64,000 bases of DNA, from the NCBI GenBank assembly GCA_964199315.1, contig OZ116707.1:17360001-17424000 (forward strand), given 5' to 3'. Every line of letters starts with the position of its first letter. Position 1 is the stretch's first letter. The position numbers and the translations under genes were made by a program. The notes under the pieces were generated by a model that did not search any database, was not told the origin of the DNA, and saw nothing but the letters and a program-made list of their open reading frames with translations. This DNA comes from Orbicella franksi. Its lineage: Eukaryota. Below are positions 55,483 through 64,000 of this stretch, piece after piece.

Positions 55483-56805
55483 CTACTTGCGTTTGGCAGT
55501 CAGGGAGTAAGATTTCAGTTTCGGTCGAAGCATCTCGTCCGCATCAACAACTTTTCCACTAGCTTTGAGGTCTCTCTCTATTTTGGCATTCAAAAATTCG
55601 TTGATTCGTGTGTTGGCTAGCTTGGAAACCAAAGCTCTAAATAAACCACACACAACTTCATCATTGATCGCTCCTTCCACTGTAGTGATCGATGCAATAA
55701 GCAATTTAAAATCCATTTCTAGTGCTTCGTTATTTATGACGGAAGTCTGGCACATGTTGATAAATTTTGATGGATACTTCGCAAGATTTGCGTCTGAAGT
55801 AAATTCGCGAACATTTTTATCCACCTCCTTTAAAAATGGGAGAAGCTCTATCCTTGGAAAAATAAGATTTCCTTCATCCAAGTTTTTAAGGCTCGAGGAA
55901 ATTGAAGATTTGTCTTTCATGACCAGGGCATTCAACACATCCATTTCGTTCTCCATCACCGGTCGTCGTTCGGATGACACTCTCTCACGACCCTTTTTCT
56001 GCTGTAAAGTTTCCTTCCTAAGCTTTAGCATTCGGTGAAGGGCTGCACCACAATATCTGAACAAGCTATCATCTGACTCCACGGCGAAACATGAATTCCT
56101 TAGTTCGGAGGTCGAGGTTGACCTTTTCAGCTAAATATGACAGTGAATAGTGCAATAAACCAGTTCGTGAATAACACTTACAACTGCGTGCACCACCTCA
56201 GGAGAGAATTGTTGCCCTTCCGACTGTCCTACTAAGAACTGTTTGATAATTGATCGCTCTTGAGTACCCTTTCCAGCTTGAAAATTTCGTAGCATTTTCA
56301 TCCAAGCCACCAAAAAGGCAGCTTTCCTGTTGGGTTTGTCTGCCAACAATGAGCATTCGCTAACAAGCATCAAAAACTTGCAGCAGAATCCAACAATCAG
56401 GAGTTGAAAGTTTGGTTTCTGTGGTTCACTAAGCAGATGTTTCGCGAAGCGCTCCCGGTCTTTAACTGACTTCACACGCACCGATTCAAGAAGCTTTACG
56501 CGGATATTGCCTTCGACATCGCCAGCTTCCCGCGTTGAAAATATCCAGGATGTCAATTCTTTCATTTGATCGTCGTTGAGAACGTTCGCAGATCGCTTTG
56601 TCTTTGTCTTTGTCGCAGCCTGTTTTGAAGACGAATTCGATTTCTCACTGCGTGATTTACGCCTTCTCACTAAAGAAAAAGACACACTGGCTTCTTCGTT
56701 TTGCTCACCTTCATCCGAAGTACTACTTTCCGAGTAAATACTGAAATTGTCGCTTAAAATACTGTCGGAACCCTCCGAAGAGGATTCCTCACAAGTGTCC
56801 GCCAT
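55483..56805 (-). pseudogene. Convergent accessory gene of the P-element, ~440 aa with one premature TAG at 56131
   Basis: ORFs 56131..56805 and 55483..56082 are in the same frame with 16 open codons between them. Acidic S/E-rich N-terminus; C-terminal SLFRYCGAAL...EGNLIFP. Confidence 0.75.
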
Positions 56806-57238
56806 ATTTATTTCCCAAGTGGACGAGTCATCCTAGTTACGTATTAACAGTCTCTAACGAAATTGCTTGTCATTGGTTACCCAAAACTAATTTGCGGGAA
56901 AGGCTAGTTTAAAAATAAGTCTACTTGTGAAAACGCCGTTTCACAGATTCTGTATGGAAGTTGCACGCTCCAGGTAATGGGCTCCTGGACCATACCTCAT
57001 ATTTTCTTTGACTGTTCTTTTTCTACTTCCTTTTGGAATGAGATATGTGAAAAAATTTTAAATAAACTTAATAGTTGCGTTTGCCTCTCTTTAGAATATC
57101 GCAAGATTATTTAAGGATTTTTAACGGGGGAGATGGATCTGCTAAACTATATAATCATTTTAGGAAAAATGTACTTGTGGACTTGCCGGTGTAAAGAAAC
57201 GAAACCATCTTTCAGCCACTTTGAAAGAATTTTATTAA

Positions 57239-58813
57239 CCCTTTGACGCCTGAATGAAATTGCCCGCGACCCACCCCTAATTCCCTGGCGTTTTTTTGAA
57301 TATTTCTGAGCGAGCGAAAGCACAAAAATAAACCATATGCGCAGTAACCACAGACACAGGATCAGGTTTCAAGACATCATTTATTTAAAGTTGAATAAGT
57401 GAAGGGTCAAAATATTAAAAAATATTAGCAAACAGAACTCAACCTAATGTGTAAAACTGATGAGAAAACAAGAAATTATATTATTTCTTTACCGCGCGAC
57501 AAAATGTCCCACAGAAGCTGAGAAAATTGACTTTGCGAAAATGAGTCAATTATTGACTTTGGAGGACAAAAACGAAACCAAATACAACAGAATTGAATTT
57601 CTTGTACTGTAACGGCTAACATTTGAGAAAACAACGAAAAATAAAAGCAAAGAACTCATGTAAAAATCAATCTGAAAACAAGAAATCAAGTAATTTCTTC
57701 GCCGCACGACGAAAATATTACGGGCCTGCGAAAGAAAGATGAAAGTCATAAATCAAAAAGACGACAAAACCAAGCAAATTATGTTGAGATCAGTCGTATT
57801 TCAACTGTGTTAAATCAGTGGCCATTTAGTTCTTTTCTTAGCGGTTCTGTAGTAGCTGAATAAGACTCCAAAAAATATTTGAACGAAGCGAATAAACTAA
57901 ATAAACAAAGTGCCTAGAGGTTGCCGTAAATTAAATATGCAGAAATCCAGCGTGCAAGTTACTGTTCACTTTTAAAACCTAAAATTCCCAAATACAGGGA
58001 ACCAAATGAAAGAGATGCGAAAGGAAGTTCAATAACAATAAATTTTCATTCAAGCTGAGACGAAGAAACCTATTTAAAAGGAAAAAATTGTTCAAAATTT
58101 TGCAGACGTGCTTCACTGCATGACCGCATGTTCATATTATTCTTCACGCTAACGCGAAAGCTTGAGTTTTTACCAACCACTTTTGCAGTCATTTTAACGC
58201 CCGTGGCTTTACCAATCATTCCAAAAGTTGAATTCAACCTCGAAGTAATAATGTACATTACCATTTTTGTTTCTGAAATCCGAAAAAGCCACTTTAAACC
58301 TGCGATCTGTCGTCGAAACATACTTGAAAGCGCTCCAATCTTTATGTTTTCTCGGCGGTTGTAGGAAGAAAAACTTCACCAGAAAGTTTTGAGGACTCTG
58401 TATTCCTTGATCCTCCATTCTGAGGCCACCTGAACATTGATTTGTATTTTTCCTTTCTATTTTAAAGCCCAAAGCAGTAATTTATCTGTGTTAGGAATGA
58501 AAACAAGACCTTGGAAGTTTTTTAGATTTGGACTGCAACGCGCCATGTTACCTGCACTTTTCGAGCACGTGATTTTAAGAAAAACCGCCTTTCTATGACC
58601 CCTAAAGTCCTCTGAAAATATGCTAAGAAAGTCCATTCTGATTGGTTTATTTGTCCTCAAGAACAATAGAACAAAAGGGGAACCAAAGAATCTTCAGGCA
58701 GGGTAGGAAAGGCAATTGTCCCCATGTGCTTTTTTTCAGGCGGCTACGGGCGGCACAGGGAAATGGAGGAGTTTTTCGCATGGGCGGTTACGGGCGGCAC
58801 AGGCGTCAATGGG
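57239..58813. mobile_element. Non-autonomous piggyBac-like element (1575 bp)
   Basis: TTAA TSD on both sides. TIR CCC(T/A)TTGACGCCTG. GC-rich subterminal repeats (GGGCGGCACAGG). No convincing ORF. Confidence 0.88.
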
Positions 58814-59049
58814 TTAAATAAATATCAAACCGAAAAGTATATTTCCTTTAAATCAAATAACATCAATCTGTTTAAGAAAAAATGGAGAATTTTTGAGGAA
58901 TTGTTTCTTTTAAACACTTAAGAAAAAAAATTGTATAAGTAGTGTAAGTATAAGTAGTATAAGTAGCAAGTATATTGTAAGTGTAGATGTAATTATAACA
59001 TCAGTAGTGTAAGTAGTGTAAGTGTTCAAGTTGCAAATAAAACTCCATT

Positions 59050-59570
59050 CAAAAAGAAAAAATCTTATCAGAAACTACAGTGTTTCTAATGATGTTGATG
59101 AAAAAATTTTGTACTTTGACGTTTGAAACTTTCAACTTGTTTTTGGTTACCATGGCAACACGGGGAAAACTACAATACTAGAACTAAGAAGTCTTTCCGT
59201 TTGAAATACTGTAGCACAAATGTAAAGAAATTCTCTCTCCGTTTCCAAGGTCCTAAATTATTTAACTCTCTCAGTACTGAAATTCAAAATGCCTCTTGTA
59301 TTGCTGTGTTCACCTCTAAACTTAAGTCATTTTTCTTGCTATAAGTAGATTTTACTTCTCTTAGTGTGCTTGTGTGTACCATTTTAACTTTTTCCCCTTC
59401 CTTTGCTTTTGCGCATACACACGTTTAGTTTTGCTTAACTACTTTTGTTCTTAAATTACGATCATTTTGTGTGCCGATGACAGCATTTTCATTCTTTTGT
59501 TAAACTTAGGTATATTTAAGATAGTCCTTTACATAAGCCGTATTGGCTTCCCTGGACTTCCTTGCCTAAT
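59050..59570 (+). pseudogene. CR1/L2-like LINE 3' fragment
   Basis: YNTRTKKSF...TNVKKFSLRFQGPKLFNSL...KLKSFFL* followed by UTR-like sequence. Confidence 0.6.
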
Positions 59571-59699
59571 ATACATTGATATGTTGCAAATATAATTATA
59601 AATGGCAAAAATACATAAAAACTAAAACAAGAACAGGATTTGCGAGAGAGCTTGATCGTTGTAAATAGAATTATAAATAGCAGAAATAAATAAAAATAG

Positions 59700-61590
59700 A
59701 ACAAGAACAAGATTTGCCGGGAGAGCTTGACCGTTGATGTTCATGAGGGCGAACGGGTTACCTTTGATCTCACAGACCAAGCGACTAACCAACTCCAAAG
59801 TTAGGCGAACATGATGAAATGGCAGATAATCTCGGCAAGGAAAATCAGGAAAACGTGATTTGCAAGAAGAGCTTGACTGTTGATGTTCATGAGGGCGGAA
59901 GGGTTACCTTTGATCTCACAGAACAAGAAACTAACCCAGCTCCAAAGACAAGGAAGTGTGATGAAATGACTGATAATCCCAGCAAGAAAATGAAAACGTG
60001 ATTTGCCAGGAGAGCCTGACCATTGATCTTTATGAGGGCGGACAGGTTACCTTGGACCTCACAGAACAAGAAACTAACCCAACTCCAAAGGCAGGGAAGC
60101 GTGATGAAATGGCTGATAATCCCAGCAAGAAAATGGAAACGTGATTTGCCAGGAGGGCGACCATTGATCTTCATGAGCGCGGACGGGTTACCTTGGATCT
60201 CACAGAACAAGAGACTAACCCAAGTCTAAAGGCAGGGAAGCTTGGTGAAAGCTTTAAAGAAGCTTTAAGTTATGGCTGAAAATCCCAGCGAGAAAACTGA
60301 CGAAAGCGTGATTTGCAAGAAGAACTTGAATGTTGATGTTCATGATAGCAGACGGGTTACCTTTGATCTGACAGAACAAGAAGCAAACCCTACTCCAAAG
60401 ACATGGATGCGTGATGAAATGGCTGAGAATCTCAGCGAGGAAAACAAGGGAAACGTGATCTGCCAGAAGAGCTTGACCGTTGATGCTAATCATTTTTTCA
60501 GTTTAAAAGTGAAAAATACAAATGTCTTCTTAAGAGAGCATTTTTAAGTTGAAAATTCTAATTTTAATTATGTATCTTTTTCAAGGTTTTATCTGTTTTT
60601 TACATTTTCTTGATTTTTTATAGTTGGTATTTCTTTATAGATTTGATTTCTTGTAAAGCGCCATTGAACCATTGGGAAATGGTGCTATAAAAATTTTATC
60701 ATTGTTATTGTAATGAGGGCGAACAGGTTACCTTTGATCTCACAGACCAAGAAACTAACCAACTCCAAAGCCAGGGAAGCGTGATGAAATGGCTGATAAT
60801 CTCAGCAAGAAAAATGATGAAAACGTGATTTGCCAGGAGAGCCTGACTGTTGATGTTCATGAGGGCAGAAGGGTTACCTTTGATCTCACAGACCAAGTGA
60901 CTAACCAACTCCAAGGTTAGGCGAGCATGGTGAAATGGCAGATAATCTCGGCGAGGAAAATGAAGAAAACGTGATTTGCAAGAAGAGCTTGACTGTTTAT
61001 GTTCATGAGATCAGAAGGGTTACCTTTGATCTCACAGGACAAGAAACTAACCACCCCAAAGGCAGGGAAGAGTGATGAAATGGCTGATAATCTCTGCGAG
61101 GAAAATGAGGAAAACGTAATTTGCCAGAAGAGCTTGACCGTTCATGTTAATGAGTTTTTCAGTGTAAAAGTGAAAACGTGGCTTTTTAAACAAGCATTTT
61201 TAAGTTGAAGTTTTTAATTTTATGTATCTTTTTACTTTAATCTGTTATTACGTTTTCTTAATTTTTTATAGTTGATTTCTTGTAAAGCACCATTGAACCA
61301 TTGGGAAATGGCACTATAAAACTTTTGTCATTTTCATTATTATGAGGGCGGACAGGTTACCTTGGATCTCAAAGGACAAGAAACTAACCCAAGTCCAAAG
61401 GCACGGAAGCGCAATGAAATGGCTGATAATCTCAGCCAGGAAAATGAAGAAAACATGATTTGTTAGGAGAGCTCGGCTATTGATATTCATGAGCAGCCAA
61501 AGCAGCCAAGACACTTGGCTGTAACTGGAAGAATGATCAATGAAAAATGGAGGCTTAGTCACATCTGGACAAACATGAAAGAACTCATAA
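59700..61590 (+). repeat. Tandem array of ~9 units of ~140-147 bp with two AT-rich interruptions (higher-order repeat)
   Basis: The marker GGTTACCTT(T/G)GA(T/C)CTCA recurs at ~59756, 59902, 60046, 60186, 60355, 60727, 60872, 61018 and 61352. Interruptions at ~60490-60710 and ~61150-61330. Confidence 0.88.
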
Positions 61591-62929
61591 ACTGGACTTC
61601 GATGTCTGTCTGATCATAATTAAAACTAAATAACTGTATTCTTATGTTTCTCTGTTTTGCTATTCTCCTATTACGGTATTAACAAAGTAAGAAAGTAAAA
61701 ACTGAAGCTTTAAAAGTTACGCAAATTAACGTCATAACTTTCTAGAAACTTGTATCGTCAAGTTAAACATTACCGTAAAGGCAACACACTGTTAGGATTA
61801 ATTTGTAGACTGCTCAGCTTAATATCTCGCTGTATTTACTTAAATTGTGTATTTTATAGTCATATTTAGATTTTAGATGATTCACTTCATTTGCTCATAA
61901 TATCCATTCAAGTTCAAGTTTTATTCCGTGGGGTGCCTGTGGCAGGCCACGGTAAGGTTTACCCGGGTTCCTTTTTCATCGTCGACGCAAAACAACAAAT
62001 TTGATTGACAATGAAATCCATGTGACAGCTGAAACTATTTTTATTCAGTTAAACGTGGGGGCTCGGTATAAACAGGGCTCCCCCCGACCGATTAAATTTA
62101 TATAAGAAATTTCCAATATGGACGCCGCTGTGCTGTTGATATTTATCCATAAATAATAAAAGCTAACTTCAAAACTGAGTGGTTGTCTTTTATTCATGGT
62201 TTACATACAGAACATTTGGCATATTTCACCATAAGACTTCAAGAAGATTACCTTCGATTGCACGCCATTTGTTTGAAAATCCCCTATTCAGTTCCCAGGC
62301 TTTTCCCTCGTACAAACCTGCTATGTTCTTTTGCTTCTTACTATTGGATAGTTTAGTATTTTATAGATATAAGAAGCTCTGTGATTGGTACTATAAGCGG
62401 CGCAAAATTCCTGGAAAGTTTGAATAAATTTGGAGGGATTTTGCTTGTAAACAAAACCGTTCGCGATCTAAGAAGATGTTGGGTTTTGGTGAGCCTTGTG
62501 CGAAGAAAGCCAAGTGCGATCAGCAGAAAGTATATAACGAGAAAGGAAAGGAAAAACCTCGAAAGCCTCAATTTAGTTTAAATTTTCAGTTCGGGTTCTG
62601 CGAAGAGGAAGAGATGAGAGCCACAAATGAACGATTCGGGCTATATACAGACTGTGAACAATACTGCTGATGCATCGATGTTGGATCGGATACGAGAAGT
62701 CCAGAACACCAATTCATATCAGCAAAGGAATGGAGCGGTAAGTCTGTATAGCAAATGGAACAATATCGCTAATTCATTATAATTATGTACTTGCAATTGT
62801 ACATGTCCATATACAGACACTTTTACTACAATAATTATTGCAAGTAATGATATCTTTGGTGTTTGCTTATTCAATAGACTGTCATAACTGACTGCCGACA
62901 CGACTCGACAGCTAATGCCTACCATTCAA

Positions 62930-63108
62930 CAGTGCCTTTTGTAACACAATATCAACCATCAGTGCCCAACCTCAAAAATGTTTTAATGGAAAAATGGCAC
63001 TTGATACAAAATCAGCCTTCTCTACGGCAAATTTTCAAAGAGCCACCACTAATATCGTATAAAAGAGGTAAATCCCTAAAAGACATACTCGTAAGAGCAA
63101 AACTATAA
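62930..63108 (+). pseudogene. Penelope-like retroelement ORF 3' end
   Basis: FVTQYQPSVPNLKNVLMEKWHLIQNQPSLRQIFKEPPLISYKRGKSLKDILVRAKL* resembles the post-RT region of Penelope-like elements. Confidence 0.6.
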
Positions 63109-63702
63109 AGGGGTCATATATTACATGGTACAAAAGTTTCCATTGTTAGAAGTTGTGCAGGCCTGTCACTCCTTGCTAATTCCTACTGTGATACTTTCCA
63201 GACAGAGCCCTGTTCTGACACGCGAAACCTCAAAATAACACACAATACTGTACATTGTGTACCGTACAAAACTTAAAGAATATATCAAGAAATATGCACG
63301 ATATACTGAACGCTTTACTTCATAACTGAGCAAAAGCATTCAAAACATAGTGTATTTTAACACAAAACCATACTAGTACTCAAAAGCCATGTTATATTAT
63401 GAAAAAATCCACTTAACCACCTCTACAAAAACACAACTTAGAGCTTGAGAGCATATAGGATCGAAAATACAGCAAACTGATTGACTGGCAAGGACCAATC
63501 AGAATGCGCCTTTTTCGATCCCAACTTCAAAATGCTGTGGCTATATAAACCCAAACTGCCAAAAAGTCCCTTGGTGGATCAGAATTGAGTTAAACACTCT
63601 ACTGTTCCACTTACAAATAGTTGAAAATAGCAACTGACGAGAATCGTGAAGATTCGAAACTGCAGTCTTGCTTAAAACCACAAATTGCTTGCTGTTCTGA
63701 TC

Positions 63703-64000
63703 ATGGACACGGAGGATAAACTGTTGTCTGATACGAGCCCGTTAAACACACCACTGGATGAGAACGAAATGGCCGGGTGCTCAAAGGACAGCGACATTGA
63801 TAGTGCCTCAGAGCCCGAGGACGAAATAACGAGTTATCAACCCATCAAAACACCATCAGAGACAACAGCAAAAAACCACAGAAACGGAGAAAACAGAAAA
63901 AGAAAAGCGGAACCAGAAAACCTTTACTCGCTGGAGGATAAAATAAAACGAACTGAGGAGTCCATAAAGAAGCTACAGACACACTTGGACAATAAGACCT
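63703..64000 (+). CDS. Start of an ORF running off the window, probably the next Penelope-like ORF
   Basis: Open from ATG 63703 to the edge (MDTEDKLL...KIKRTEESIKKLQTHLDNKT). Follows the Penelope-like 3' fragment, as in tandem/pLTR arrangements. Confidence 0.5.
   Translation, partial: MDTEDKLLSDTSPLNTPLDENEMAGCSKDSDIDSASEPEDEITSYQPIKTPSETTAKNHRNGENRKRKAEPENLYSLEDKIKRTEESIKKLQTHLDNKT

Larger units (their letters stand above)
46165..56987 (+). mobile_element. P-element superfamily DNA transposon, 10.8 kb including a LINE insertion
   Basis: 32-bp TIR CAGGAGCCCATTACC(C/T)GGAGCGTGCAACTTCC (31/32). 8-bp TSD GACCATAC (46157-46164 and 56988-56995). The empty site restores the L1 frame. Confidence 0.92.
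45690..59050 (+). pseudogene. L1/Tx1-like LINE 3' fragment in three pieces (45690-46164, 56996-57238, 58818-~59050)
   Basis: FQYKVLNSILYTN..LCKIG...CSFCHQTTETI|PHIFFDC..STSFW (zf-RVT) rejoins across the P-element. RILL|NKYQTEKY...KKKWRIF rejoins across the MITE. Confidence 0.85.

Noticed and set aside
57546-58666. ORFs inside the 1.6-kb piggyBac-like element
   Set aside because: Short, with no transposase motifs; consistent with a non-autonomous element.
59700-61590. Tandem array as a CRISPR array
   Set aside because: Whole ~145-bp units are homologous with no unique spacers, there are no cas genes, and the context is eukaryotic.
1-64000. rRNA, tRNA or prokaryotic operon features
   Set aside because: No such signatures were recognised; overlapping ORFs in the Polinton reflect viral compaction, not bacterial operons.

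Overview
AT-rich eukaryotic (metazoan) DNA made almost entirely of nested mobile elements. The spliced genes and element mix suggest a cnidarian such as a stony coral, but that is inference only. No host gene, rRNA, tRNA or CRISPR array is evident. Left to right: (1) a decayed Tc1/IS630-like fragment; (2) a 5.2-kb TIR element (858-6096) with an intact spliced RAG1-core-like transposase and a convergent spliced chromodomain gene; (3) an L1/Tx1 fragment and a BEN-domain pseudogene; (4) a piggyBac element (11203-43971) split by a 29.5-kb Maverick/Polinton virus-like element (11816-41333; AGTAGT TIRs, 6-bp TSD CTTGTC). The Polinton encodes pPolB, integrase, ATPase, adenain-like protease, capsids, PLA2, four RING-like proteins and many orphans, and itself carries a Kolobok-like transposon, a half-MITE and a full-length Gypsy LTR element; (5) an L1/Tx1 remnant interrupted by a 10.8-kb P-element (32-bp TIR, 8-bp TSD) and by a piggyBac MITE. 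The P-element has a putative cysteine-protease tail, a convergent accessory ORF and a CR1/L2 insertion; (6) a ~145-bp higher-order tandem array and a Penelope-like element running off the right edge. All family assignments come from motifs recognised by eye; no database searches were run.
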